A stretch of DNA of 64,000 bases. Source: an uncultured candidatus Porisulfidus sp. GTDB taxonomy: Bacteria; Pseudomonadota; Gammaproteobacteria; Poriferisulfidales; Poriferisulfidaceae. This document shows positions 1-8,974 of the stretch, piece after piece (the first letter of the stretch is position 1; each line of letters begins with the position of its first letter). The notes beneath the pieces were generated by a model. The model did no database searches, was not told the DNA's origin, and saw nothing but the letters and a program-made list of their open reading frames with translations. The stretch covers positions 1,248,001 through 1,312,000 of the forward strand of contig OZ241993.1 in the NCBI GenBank assembly GCA_965204575.1, in the 5' to 3' direction. Made by a program: the position numbers and the translations under genes.

Positions 1-1
1 G

Positions 2-352
2 GTCACTGACAAACGCAATGTCCCAGCTGTCGTCCTGCCTCTGGCGATACTGGATCTGTTTCAGGTCGGGCAGGGAGGTGCAGGCCAGCGCCAGTGCAGT
101 GGCGGCCAGCGAGTCGTCGCCGCGCTGCAGCGCCTGAGGAATCAGGCTCGCGGCCAGTTGCGCACGCTTGAGCGAATCCGGGCGGTCGTAGCGCACGCCG
201 TCCACTTTGAAGCCTTCCTGCAGCTTTTCCTCCAACTGGGAAACTGCTTCGCGCTGAGCCGGGTTCATGGCAATGGTTCGGTCCCAATACAACTCAAGAT
301 TGCCGTCGATCAGCACGGCGACCTTTTCGTCGAAACTTTTAGGTGAATCCAT
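2..352 (-). CDS. Hypothetical protein, 3' end runs off the window
   Basis: Manual translation from ATG at 352: MDSPKSFDEKVAVLIDGNLELYWDRT...LPDLKQIQY...; open for 117 codons to the window edge. Absent from the ORF track because no stop codon falls inside the window. Confidence 0.7.
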   Translation of the reverse strand, partial: MDSPKSFDEKVAVLIDGNLELYWDRTIAMNPAQREAVSQLEEKLQEGFKVDGVRYDRPDSLKRAQLAASLIPQALQRGDDSLAATALALACTSLPDLKQIQYRQRQDDSWDIAFVSD

Positions 353-410
353 GTCGGGTCAAATTCAAGCTGAATAAGGATTTTACTTGCACAATCAACC
401 CCATCATAAA

Positions 411-427
411 GTAGTCACAATGTAGTC
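411..427. promoter_or_regulatory. Candidate toxin-antitoxin operator (GTAGTC direct repeat, 11-bp spacing)
   Basis: GTAGTC at 411-416 and 422-427 in the AT-rich region upstream of the antitoxin gene. Confidence 0.3.
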
Positions 428-502
428 TTGAATGTTGATGCGTGTTGGGGCATAATGGGTTTGCCAGATGCCTGTAGGGGCTAAACCTAGAGATCGCCCA
501 AA

Positions 503-766
503 ATGGAACTTGCTATCCGCGAAGCGAAGGCACGCCTCTCCGAGCTTGTCAGTGCCGCCCAAAGTGGGGAGCGCGTCGTGATTATGAAGTACGGCGAGCC
601 GGTTGTTGAGTTGGTTCGTTGCCGAGGACGTGGTGGCATTGACTTCGAAAAATTGGAGGCGGCCCGAAAACGTCTTGGAATTTCAGGAAGCAGGGAAGGA
701 TGGCCCCAGGAATTCAATGATCCGAAGTTCAGCCGCCAAGTGCTCGGGCTTGAAGAAGACGACTAG
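503..766 (+). CDS. Phd/YefM-family type II antitoxin
   Basis: N-terminus IREAKARLSELVSAAQSGERVVIMKYGEPVVELV is typical of Phd/YefM; 87 aa; lies upstream of a PIN toxin. Confidence 0.9.
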   Translation: MELAIREAKARLSELVSAAQSGERVVIMKYGEPVVELVRCRGRGGIDFEKLEAARKRLGISGSREGWPQEFNDPKFSRQVLGLEEDD

Positions 767-774
767 GAGGGCTG

Positions 775-1194
775 GTGCCAGCGCGCATCCTTCTTGACAC
801 TTCCTACCTATATTGGTTGATGGAATCCCCCGGAAGGCTTTCCTCTGCTGAGCAGGGGTTTTTAGCCGGTCAGAACGTTCGGCTGTACGTCAGTGCGGTG
901 TCAATCTGGGAAATGCGGCTTAAATATCACGCCCGTGCCCCGTCGGGAAAGCGGAAAAGCCCTTTTGACCCAGATAATGTCATGGCGATGCTTGAGGAAC
1001 AAGGCGTGATTTTTCTGCCCATGACGGGGGCTCACGCTGCACGGGAACTCAAACCCCCGATTAACCACCAAGATCCGTTCGACGAACTCCTCTTGGTTCA
1101 GGCCCAGGAAGAAGGCCTCAAGTTGCTGACGGCTGACCGAGAATTAAGTAATCATCCGCTCGCTGTCACGGCGCAGGATTTGCCAGACCAATAA
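775..1194 (+). CDS. vapC: VapC-family PIN-domain toxin
   Basis: ILLDTS...SAVSIWE...HQDPFD...LLTAD acidic PIN motif; AGGAGG RBS before a GTG start. Confidence 0.9.
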   Translation: MPARILLDTSYLYWLMESPGRLSSAEQGFLAGQNVRLYVSAVSIWEMRLKYHARAPSGKRKSPFDPDNVMAMLEEQGVIFLPMTGAHAARELKPPINHQDPFDELLLVQAQEEGLKLLTADRELSNHPLAVTAQDLPDQ

Positions 1195-1321
1195 GCATTC
1201 TTTCCGGTAGAAAGCGCCAGATTCTGCCAGAAGGCTCTTTTGTGTCCTTCCCCGAAGTGGTGGCTATTGCCACGGAAAGGGGTTCTGTGCCGTAAAATAC
1301 CGCCAAACCCATGAGGGCCAC

Positions 1322-2737
1322 ATGCCTGGATCTACAGCGAAACCCTGGGCTGGACGGTTCGCTCGGGCGACCGACAGCGAGGTGGAAGCGTTTACGGCGT
1401 CCGTTCATTTCGACGGTTGCCTGTACCCCTATGACATCCAGGGGTCGCAGGCGCATGCCCGCGGGTTGCAGCGGGCGGGGATCCTGACCGAAGAGGAATG
1501 CAAGACTCTCGTCGAGGGCCTGGCACAGGTGCGCGCGCGCATTGACGCGGGCGAGGCTGAATGGGATCCGGCCCTCGAAGACGTACACATGAATATCGAA
1601 GCGATGTTGGTCGCCGAGGTCGGCGAAGTCGGCAAGAAGCTTCACACCGGGCGCTCCCGGAACGACCAGGTGGCCACCGACCTGCGGCTGTACGCCCGGG
1701 CCGCGCAGGCGCAACTGGATGCCGAGGCGCATGCCCTGCAGTCGGTCCTGGTCGAGCGGGCGGGGGCGGAGGCGGAAACCCTGATGGCAGGCTTCACCCA
1801 CTTGCAGCCGGCGCAGCCGGTCACTCTTGGCCATCATCTTCTGGCCTGGTACGAGATGCTGAAGCGCGATCGGCAGAGGTTGGCGGAGGCGTTCCGCCGG
1901 ACCAATACGCTGCCGCTGGGAGCGGCAGCCCTGGCCGGGTCTGGCTACCCGGTGGACCGGCAGTACGTGGCGGAGCTCCTGGGCTTCGATGCGCTGTGCG
2001 ACAACTCGCTGGATGCGGTCAGCGACCGAGATTTCGCGGTCGAGACCTGCGCGGCCCTCAGCCTCCTGATGGTGCACCTGTCGCGGATGGCGGAGGAGAT
2101 CGTCCTGTGGGCCAGCCCGGCGTTCGGGTGGGTCGATCTGCCGGACGAATACTGCACGGGTTCCTCGCTCATGCCGCAGAAGAAGAACCCGGATGCCCTG
2201 GAGTTGGTCCGCGGGAAAAGTGCGCGTGTCTGCGGGCACCTGCAGGCGTTGCTGATGCTCATGAAGGCGCAGCCCATGGCGTACAACCGGGACAACCAGG
2301 AAGACAAGGAGCCGCTGTTCGACAGCGTGGACACCGCATTGGCCTGCCTGTCGATCATGCGGGCGATGGTGCAGGCGATGGAATTCGACCGGGAGAGTCT
2401 GAAGGCGGCAGCGGCGGGAGGCTACTCAACCGCAACGGATTTGGCGGATGCGCTGGTGGCGCGCGGGGTCGCGTTCCGGGACGCGCATCACATCACCGGG
2501 CAGGTCGTGGCTCACGCAGTCGAGCGTGGCCTGACGCTGGATGCGCTGGACCCCGAGGAAGCCCGGCAGTTCAGCCCGGTCATCGACGCCGAACTGCTTG
2601 AATCACTGACGCCGGAACGGTCGGTCGCGGCACGCGGCCTGCACGGTGGTACGGCTCCCGATGCGGTACGTGCCCGGGCGACACAGGCGCAGGAAGAACT
2701 TGCGGCCGGGCCGCTGGCAATGCCGGAACAGCCGTAA
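1322..2737 (+). CDS. argH: Argininosuccinate lyase
   Basis: WAGRF, EDVHMNIE, HTGRSRNDQVATD and GSSLMPQKKNPD signature motifs. Confidence 0.98.
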   Translation: MPGSTAKPWAGRFARATDSEVEAFTASVHFDGCLYPYDIQGSQAHARGLQRAGILTEEECKTLVEGLAQVRARIDAGEAEWDPALEDVHMNIEAMLVAEVGEVGKKLHTGRSRNDQVATDLRLYARAAQAQLDAEAHALQSVLVERAGAEAETLMAGFTHLQPAQPVTLGHHLLAWYEMLKRDRQRLAEAFRRTNTLPLGAAALAGSGYPVDRQYVAELLGFDALCDNSLDAVSDRDFAVETCAALSLLMVHLSRMAEEIVLWASPAFGWVDLPDEYCTGSSLMPQKKNPDALELVRGKSARVCGHLQALLMLMKAQPMAYNRDNQEDKEPLFDSVDTALACLSIMRAMVQAMEFDRESLKAAAAGGYSTATDLADALVARGVAFRDAHHITGQVVAHAVERGLTLDALDPEEARQFSPVIDAELLESLTPERSVAARGLHGGTAPDAVRARATQAQEELAAGPLAMPEQP

Positions 2738-2758
2738 CTAACTGAAAAATAGGTTCTT

Positions 2759-3415
2759 TCAGCCCAGGTGCGTACGCAGGAACTCGCCCAGCGCGGCGAA
2801 TTCCTCCGCGGTGACCGTATGGGCGAACACCTCGCTGTACCAATCAACCGAGGCTCCGTGCCCGCGTAGCCAGTCGCGGCTGACTTCCCCGTATTCGTGG
2901 AGGACCACATCGTCCTGTGAGCCGTGTGCCATGAATACGGGGGCCTGCAGCGTGAGGTGATCGACTTGCTGTGTCAGGTATTCGTCCTGAGGCAGGTAGC
3001 CGGACAGGCAGATAGCGGCAGTCAGGGGTTCGGGGTGAGTCAGTGCGGAGAACAGGGCCAGCGCACCCCCTTGGGAGAATCCCCCGATCGCGAAACGGTT
3101 CACGCCGGTTTCGCGTTGCTGCGCGAATTCAGCATGGATGCGGCGTGTGCTTTCCTTCAGGCCGCCAAGGTCGCTGGTGACGCCGCCGCCCGGCTTCGGC
3201 AGGATATCGAACCAGGACGGGACGACTTGTCCTCCGAAGATCGTGACGGCCTGCAGCGGGGCCTGAAGTGCGATCACGCGCAGGCCCGGGCACTGCAACT
3301 GGACGTTCAGGCCCGCAAAATCACTGGCGGTGGCGCCTAGGCCATGTAGCCAGATTAGCGCGGAGCGTGCCGGGCCGTCATCGGGTTCCAGGATTAAGGC
3401 GTCGGAGCGGCTCAT
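2759..3415 (-). CDS. Phospholipase/carboxylesterase (alpha/beta hydrolase)
   Basis: WLHGLG, GFSQGG nucleophile elbow, HGSQDDVV, catalytic His in AHTV. Confidence 0.92.
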   Translation of the reverse strand: MSRSDALILEPDDGPARSALIWLHGLGATASDFAGLNVQLQCPGLRVIALQAPLQAVTIFGGQVVPSWFDILPKPGGGVTSDLGGLKESTRRIHAEFAQQRETGVNRFAIGGFSQGGALALFSALTHPEPLTAAICLSGYLPQDEYLTQQVDHLTLQAPVFMAHGSQDDVVLHEYGEVSRDWLRGHGASVDWYSEVFAHTVTAEEFAALGEFLRTHLG

Positions 3416-3499
3416 GGGGAAGGGCCTGATCTTCCAGTGTGCGGCGGGATCCGGGCTTGGCGCATAGTATATTAGGCGCGCATTGACGGGAGAGAATTC

Positions 3500-3610
3500 A
3501 TGAGCGTTCTGCGATGGTTGTTTCTGGGCTTCGTATTGATCGGGGCGCAGGCCGGGTGCGGGCAGATGGGGCCGCTTGAGCCGCCGCCGGAGGCTGCGGC
3601 CGACGGTTAA
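3500..3610 (+). CDS. Small lipoprotein of the LptM/YifL (LppL) family, 36 aa
   Basis: Manual translation MSVLRWLFLGFVLIGAQAG-CGQMGPLEPPPEAAADG; lipobox plus CGxxGPL motif; TAATG overlap with lysA in the usual synteny. Below the ORF-track cutoff. Confidence 0.8.
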   Translation: MSVLRWLFLGFVLIGAQAGCGQMGPLEPPPEAAADG

Positions 3611-4860
3611 TGGAAGATTTCATTTACCAGGACGATCGGCTGCACGCCGAGTCGGTTCCGCTGGAGTTGATTGCCGAGGAGCATGGCACGCCATGCTTCG
3701 TGTATTCGGCTGCCGTAATGCGCCGCCGCATCGAAGAATTGCGCGCCGCCTTCTCCGGACAGTCCTGCCGTATCTGCTACGCGGTCAAGGCCAACGGGAA
3801 TCTCGCGGTATTGCAGCACTTGGCTCAGTTAGGCTGTGCGTTCGACCTCGTGTCCGGGGGCGAATTGGCGCGCGTGAAGGCGACGGGCGGTGATGTGTCC
3901 GCTTCTGTCTTTTCAGGTGTCGGCAAGACCGCGGAAGAGATCCGGCAAGCTTTGGACGCGGGCATCGGAGCCTTTCACGTGGAATCACCGAGCGAACTCG
4001 AACGGATTTCCCGCATTGCCCGGGAAATGGGGAAGGTGGCCCCGGTTTCCCTGCGCGTCAATCCGGCGATTGAGGTGGACACGCACCCGCATATCGCGAC
4101 CGGGTTTCGCGGCAGCAAGTTCGGCATCCCGTGGGAGGAGGCGCTGGAGACCTACCGAATGGCGAACCGCCTGGATGGGCTGGAAATCCGCGGCGTAGCC
4201 TGCCACATCGGCTCCCAGCTGATTGATGCCGAGCCAATCGTCATGGCGGCGCGGCAGTTGGTGGGCCTGGCGGACCAGTTGCGCGAAGAAGGGGTCGAAC
4301 TGGAATATGTGGATGTCGGCGGAGGCTTGGGGATCTGTTACCAAGACGAAGAGTCGCCATCTCTCGATCCCTATGCCGAGGGCCTGCGCGAGGCAATCGG
4401 GGATCGGCCCTTGTCCCTGATCATCGAACCGGGACGGTACGTGATGGGTAACGCAGGAATCCTGCTGACCCGCGTGGAGTACATCAAGCGCACCACCGAC
4501 GGACATTTTGTCGTGGTGGATGCGGCCATGACCGAACTGATGCGCCCGGCCCTGTACGGGGCTTGGCATGCCATCATGCCGGTCACTAGGGCCGAAGGGC
4601 GTGAACGCCTGAACTGCGACGTCGTGGGACCGGTGTGTGAAACGGGAGACTACTTGGGTCGTTCAAGACGCCTTGCGGTGGATGAGGGCGAGTTGCTCGC
4701 GGTGTTCTCCTGCGGAGCTTACGCGGCTTCCATGGGCAGTTCCTACAATGCCCGCCCGCCAGTCGCCGAGGTGATGGTCGATGGGGGCCGGCACGATCTG
4801 GTTCGCCGCCGGGGAGAGGTGGACGAGTTGTATGTCGGCGAGACCCTTCGGCAGGGCTGA
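3610..4860 (+). CDS. lysA: Diaminopimelate decarboxylase
   Basis: YAVKAN PLP lysine, HIGSQ, EPGR, GPVCETGD, GAY...SYN. Confidence 0.97.
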   Translation: MEDFIYQDDRLHAESVPLELIAEEHGTPCFVYSAAVMRRRIEELRAAFSGQSCRICYAVKANGNLAVLQHLAQLGCAFDLVSGGELARVKATGGDVSASVFSGVGKTAEEIRQALDAGIGAFHVESPSELERISRIAREMGKVAPVSLRVNPAIEVDTHPHIATGFRGSKFGIPWEEALETYRMANRLDGLEIRGVACHIGSQLIDAEPIVMAARQLVGLADQLREEGVELEYVDVGGGLGICYQDEESPSLDPYAEGLREAIGDRPLSLIIEPGRYVMGNAGILLTRVEYIKRTTDGHFVVVDAAMTELMRPALYGAWHAIMPVTRAEGRERLNCDVVGPVCETGDYLGRSRRLAVDEGELLAVFSCGAYAASMGSSYNARPPVAEVMVDGGRHDLVRRRGEVDELYVGETLRQG

Positions 4861-4894
4861 GCCTGTAAAATAGGAATTTTGCGGTGAACGCCCC

Positions 4895-5737
4895 ATGTCG
4901 AAAATCCCCATGATCGTCCGTACGGCAGCTTTTCTGCTCCTGTTTTCCGTCCCCTTGGCGTGGGCGGAATGTTCCCGGGACGACATTCAGTTCTATCTGG
5001 ACAAGGGCTTCACGACCAAGCAGGTTACGCTGCTGTGCTCGAAGCCGGCCGGCGAAGGGAAGAAGAAGTACCGCGCATACACCGAAGAGTACGTGGACCG
5101 GCAGGACCAGGAGTATCAGTCGCGGATGCGGGTGGAACGCGAGGCGGCCTTGCGCAACTCGATCGAAGCGATAGACATCCGGCTTGAAAGGGGCTACCTG
5201 TACTACGTCCGCCCGCAGTGCGTCAGCGAAGGGGTCGAGAAGGACCGCGCGTTCGGGCTCAAGTCTTGTCCGAACATCCGCTACCGGATCAAGCTGGCGG
5301 GGCTGAAGGTCGACGAGAAAGAACATAAAAAGCGATTCCTGTTCGGGCAGAAGATGGTTCGGGTCACGGGGCAGATCAAGCGTCAGGAGATGCCGGGCGC
5401 CTTCGCCGACATTCCGGACGAGTACTGGCGGAATGTCCTGCGCAAGAGGCTGGAGAAAGGGAATTCGACCAAGATCCCGCTGCGCAGCGGCGTGGACTTT
5501 CACTTCGCGCGTGGCGCGCTGAAAGACATCGCGGAGTTCGAGACCGAGCGCGACCAGCAATTGGCCGGGCATCGGAGCGAAGCCGCAGAAGATGGCGTCT
5601 TCGATGATTTGGGCGAGATGCTTGAAAGCGGGACCGGGAGGGAATCGGAGGGCGGATCCGACCAGCCTGCGGATGAAGGCGAAAGCGCGGCCGAAGAAGA
5701 AGACTTGTTCGACGCCCTGGACGAGATGTTCAACTGA
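4895..5737 (+). CDS. Secreted/periplasmic hypothetical protein with acidic C-terminal tail
   Basis: Sec signal peptide ending AWA; four Cys residues; D/E-rich tail; host-like codon usage. Confidence 0.75.
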   Translation: MSKIPMIVRTAAFLLLFSVPLAWAECSRDDIQFYLDKGFTTKQVTLLCSKPAGEGKKKYRAYTEEYVDRQDQEYQSRMRVEREAALRNSIEAIDIRLERGYLYYVRPQCVSEGVEKDRAFGLKSCPNIRYRIKLAGLKVDEKEHKKRFLFGQKMVRVTGQIKRQEMPGAFADIPDEYWRNVLRKRLEKGNSTKIPLRSGVDFHFARGALKDIAEFETERDQQLAGHRSEAAEDGVFDDLGEMLESGTGRESEGGSDQPADEGESAAEEEDLFDALDEMFN

Positions 5738-5835
5738 TCGTGAAGGGACTGAATTGGCCCGCGCAAAGATTTGTTGCGGGTGGAACAAGAACTGCAATCG
5801 CAAAACCTTGATTGATTTGACTCTTAGATTTTCAA

Positions 5836-5852
5836 GTTGACAGGACGTCAAC
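5836..5852. promoter_or_regulatory. Palindrome GTTGAC-N5-GTCAAC upstream of aprB
   Basis: Perfect 6-bp inverted repeat ending 25 bp before the aprB ATG. Confidence 0.35.
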
Positions 5853-5877
5853 GAAACAGACAGCCAAGGGGTAATTG

Positions 5878-6342
5878 ATGCCGACTTTCGTACGCACCGA
5901 CAGATGCGATGGATGCCAGAGCCAGGAGAAGCCGGCCTGCATGTACATTTGCCCCCACGACCTGATGTACCTGGACAAGGACGGTTCCAAGACCGGCCAT
6001 GCCATGAAGGCGTACAACCAGGAGCCCGAACAGTGCTGGGAGTGCTACGCCTGCGTCAAGATCTGCCCGCAACAGGCGATCGAATGCCGCCACTACGCGG
6101 ATGTCGTTCCGCTGGGCGCTTCGGTGCAGCCGTTGCGCGGGACCGATTCCATCCTGTGGACCATCAAGTTCCGCAATGGCACCACGAAGCGCTTCACGTT
6201 CCCGGTCCGCACGACACCGGAAGGCTCGGCCGACCCATACGGCGGCGAGAACGAGGCGGTGATATCGGAAGGCAAGGACCACAGCACGCTGTTCACCAAA
6301 AGGACGCACAGTTGCGACATGTCGCAGTTCGTGGCCGGCTGA
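5878..6342 (+). CDS. aprB: Adenylylsulfate (APS) reductase beta subunit
   Basis: MPTFVRTDRCDGC...CMYICP...CWECYACVKICP two [4Fe-4S] motifs; IKFRNG...RF.FP.RTTPEGS. Confidence 0.97.
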   Translation: MPTFVRTDRCDGCQSQEKPACMYICPHDLMYLDKDGSKTGHAMKAYNQEPEQCWECYACVKICPQQAIECRHYADVVPLGASVQPLRGTDSILWTIKFRNGTTKRFTFPVRTTPEGSADPYGGENEAVISEGKDHSTLFTKRTHSCDMSQFVAG

Positions 6343-6357
6343 TCGGATTGCAGGATC

Positions 6358-8325
6358 ATGGGAGAGTTTGGAAATCCTGAAATCGTAGAAGAAGAGGTCG
6401 ACATTCTCATCATCGGCGGCGGCATGGCTTGCTGCGGCGCGGCATTCGAGATCTCGCGCTGGGTGGAAAAGGCCCGCGAGGAAGGGGCCGACCTCAAGGT
6501 CAAACTGGTCGACAAGGCGGCAATCAGTCGCTCTGGCGCCGTCGCGCAGGGCCTGTCCGCGATCAACACCTACATGGGCGAGAACGACCCGTCGGACTAT
6601 GTCCGCTACGTTCGTGGCGACCTGATGGGCATCGTGCGCGAGGATCTCGTGTACGACGTCGGTCGGCACGTTGACGACTCGGTTTACAACTTTGAGAAGT
6701 GGGGTCTTCCGATCTGGAAGCAGCGCGGGGACGAAGGCAAGCCGCTGGTCGACGGCGGCAGGCCGGTCCGCACCGGACGCTGGCAGATCATGATCAACGG
6801 CGAATCCTACAAGTGGATCGTGGCCGAGGCCGCCAGGAAGGCTCTGGGCACCGAGAATATCGAGGAACACGTTTTCATCGTTCGCCTGGTGACTGACAGG
6901 AACGATCCGAACCGGGTGGCCGGCGCGGCGGGCTTCAGCGTGCGCGACAACCGTCTCGTCGTCTACCGCTTCAAGTGCTGCCTGCTGGCCTGCGGCGGCG
7001 CCGTCAACGTGTTCCGTCCGCGTTCCGTGGGCGAGGGTACCGGACGGGCCTGGTACCCGGTGTGGAACGCCGGCTCCACCTATTCGATCGCGGCCGAGTG
7101 TGGCGCGGAACTGACCATGATGGAGAACCGCTTCGTGCCTGCCCGCTTCAAGGACGGCTACGGCCCGGTGGGCGCCTGGTTCCTGTTGTTCAAGGCCAAG
7201 TCCATGAATGCGCTCGGCGAGAATTATCAGGCCAAGAATGTCGAGGATCTCAAGACTTACGGCTACGACGCCTACGCCAAGGGCCCCAAAATCGGGACCT
7301 GCCTGCGCAATCACATGATGATGAAGGAGTTGAAGGAAGGCCGCGGCCCGATCTTCATTGATACTCCTTCCGCGATGGCGCAGTTGGCGGCGAACATGAC
7401 GCCGGAGGAGATCAAGCATCTTGAGGCCGAGGCTTGGGAGGATTTCCTCGACATGACCATCGCCCAATGCGGCGTCTGGGCTGGCGAGAACATCGAGCCG
7501 GACAAGGAAATGTCCGAGATCATGCCGACCGAACCCTATTTGCTGGGCTCGCATGCCGGCTGTGCCGGTATCTGGGTGTCCGGTCCCGAGGATATCCCGG
7601 GAACCCCCGGCCATTACCACTGGGGCTACAACCGGATGACCACCGTGGCGGGTCTGTTCACTGCCGGAGATGGCGTGGGCGCTTCCGGGCACAAGTTCTC
7701 CAGCGGCTCGCATTCCGAGGGGCGAATCGCGGCCAAGGCCATGGTGCAGTACGTGCTTGACCACCCGGAGCTCAAGCCCGAACTGGGACGCCCGGTGGAG
7801 GACATCGTGGAAGAGGTCTACCGCCCGGTGCGCAACTTCCTTGAACACAAGGACGACACCACGGCGATCGACGTCAACCCGAACTACATCACGCCGAAGA
7901 TGTTCCAGTTCCGCCTGCAGAAAATCATGGATGAGTACGTGGCTGGCGTCTCGACCCTGTACCAGACCAACAAGGTCATGCTGGATCTGGCCGAGAAGAA
8001 GCTGGAAATGTTGCGCGAGGATTCGCTGAAGATGCGGGCGAAGGACCTGCACGAACTTCTACGGGCCTGGGAGAACTACCACCGCCTGATCGCGGCGTTC
8101 GCGCACATGAAGCATATCCAGTTCCGCGAGGAAACCCGCTATCCGGGCTACTACTACCGGGCGGACTACATGGACATCGACGACGAGAACTGGAAGTGTT
8201 TCGTCAACTCGAAGTTTGATCGGCACACCGGGGAATGGACTCTGCGGAAAGTCCCGTATGTGCAATTGATCCGAGTGTCTGAGGACGAGCCGGCCGGAAT
8301 GTCCCGCCCTGGCAGCGACTGCTGA
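6358..8325 (+). CDS. aprA: Adenylylsulfate (APS) reductase alpha subunit
   Basis: IIGGGMA, RSGAVAQGLSAINTY, WQIMINGESY, RFKDGYGPVGAWFL, GHKFSSGS, REETRYPG. Confidence 0.98.
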   Translation: MGEFGNPEIVEEEVDILIIGGGMACCGAAFEISRWVEKAREEGADLKVKLVDKAAISRSGAVAQGLSAINTYMGENDPSDYVRYVRGDLMGIVREDLVYDVGRHVDDSVYNFEKWGLPIWKQRGDEGKPLVDGGRPVRTGRWQIMINGESYKWIVAEAARKALGTENIEEHVFIVRLVTDRNDPNRVAGAAGFSVRDNRLVVYRFKCCLLACGGAVNVFRPRSVGEGTGRAWYPVWNAGSTYSIAAECGAELTMMENRFVPARFKDGYGPVGAWFLLFKAKSMNALGENYQAKNVEDLKTYGYDAYAKGPKIGTCLRNHMMMKELKEGRGPIFIDTPSAMAQLAANMTPEEIKHLEAEAWEDFLDMTIAQCGVWAGENIEPDKEMSEIMPTEPYLLGSHAGCAGIWVSGPEDIPGTPGHYHWGYNRMTTVAGLFTAGDGVGASGHKFSSGSHSEGRIAAKAMVQYVLDHPELKPELGRPVEDIVEEVYRPVRNFLEHKDDTTAIDVNPNYITPKMFQFRLQKIMDEYVAGVSTLYQTNKVMLDLAEKKLEMLREDSLKMRAKDLHELLRAWENYHRLIAAFAHMKHIQFREETRYPGYYYRADYMDIDDENWKCFVNSKFDRHTGEWTLRKVPYVQLIRVSEDEPAGMSRPGSDC

Positions 8326-8336
8326 CGTTTTAAGCT

Positions 8337-8370
8337 AGGGCAGGCGCCCGGCTTCCTTCCCTTTTTCTTT
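8337..8370 (+). terminator. Possible intrinsic terminator after aprA
   Basis: Imperfect AGGG-C-AGG / CCT-T-CCCT stem followed by a T-run. Confidence 0.35.
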
Positions 8371-8387
8371 TAAGCGACAATCCCCCC

Positions 8388-8717
8388 ATGGACATGCGGC
8401 AGAACATCACGGGCAAGTTGCAGGCGCAACTGGCGCCGGCGTACCTGAATGTGGAGGATGAGAGCCACATGCACAATGTTCCGCCAGGGGCGCAATCGCA
8501 TTTCAAGGTGACGGTGGTCGCGGCGGAGTTCTCCGGGCAGTCGCTGGTGAACCGGCACCGGCGGGTAAACCGGATCCTGGCCGAGGAGCTGGCGGGGTCG
8601 GTGCATGCGCTGGCCTTGCACACCCTGAGTGAAGAGGAATGGCAGGCCGACCCGGACGTGCCGGACAGCCCACCGTGTCGCGGCGGCTCGAAGGTTCAGC
8701 CCAAGTCGCCGACCTGA
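8388..8717 (+). CDS. bolA: BolA-family protein
   Basis: L.VEDESHMH, SHFKV.VV, F.GQSLVNRHR.V, VHALAL, SPPCRGG. Confidence 0.93.
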   Translation: MDMRQNITGKLQAQLAPAYLNVEDESHMHNVPPGAQSHFKVTVVAAEFSGQSLVNRHRRVNRILAEELAGSVHALALHTLSEEEWQADPDVPDSPPCRGGSKVQPKSPT

Positions 8718-8974
8718 CGGAACCCGTCGACCGGCTCCAGGACCTCAATCTCGCAGACTGCGCCCGGCTCCAGGGCGAACCAGTCGCCGCCGCGCAGTTC
8801 GACGGGAGCCTGGCCTTCCGCGTGGATCCGCAGGCGGCCGTCGAACAGGACGTATTCTTCGTGTGTGACCGCCTTGCGGGCGGTCCGCCCCACCGGCGCA
8901 TTCCATTCCGGCCAGTCTTCCACCGCCCAGACTTCGAGTTTGCCGGGCGGCACCCGTTGCTCGTAACGGATCAC
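8696..8974 (-). CDS. Small cupin (DUF861/Cupin_3-like)
   Basis: W..W...EEYVLFDGRLRI...PVELRGGDWF...G cupin pattern; coupled to the upstream gene by a GTG start overlapping its TGA. Confidence 0.65.
   Translation of the reverse strand: MIRYEQRVPPGKLEVWAVEDWPEWNAPVGRTARKAVTHEEYVLFDGRLRIHAEGQAPVELRGGDWFALEPGAVCEIEVLEPVDGFRQVGDLG

Noticed and set aside
5836-5852. FNR box upstream of aprB
   Set aside because: The spacer is 5 bp rather than the 4 bp of TTGAT-N4-ATCAA. Kept only as an unassigned palindrome.
5848-8052. 734-aa minus-strand ORF opposite aprBA, and similar long shadow ORFs (28795-31473, 39686-41125, 1166-2239)
   Set aside because: These are antisense shadows of GC3-rich real genes and carry no recognisable motifs.
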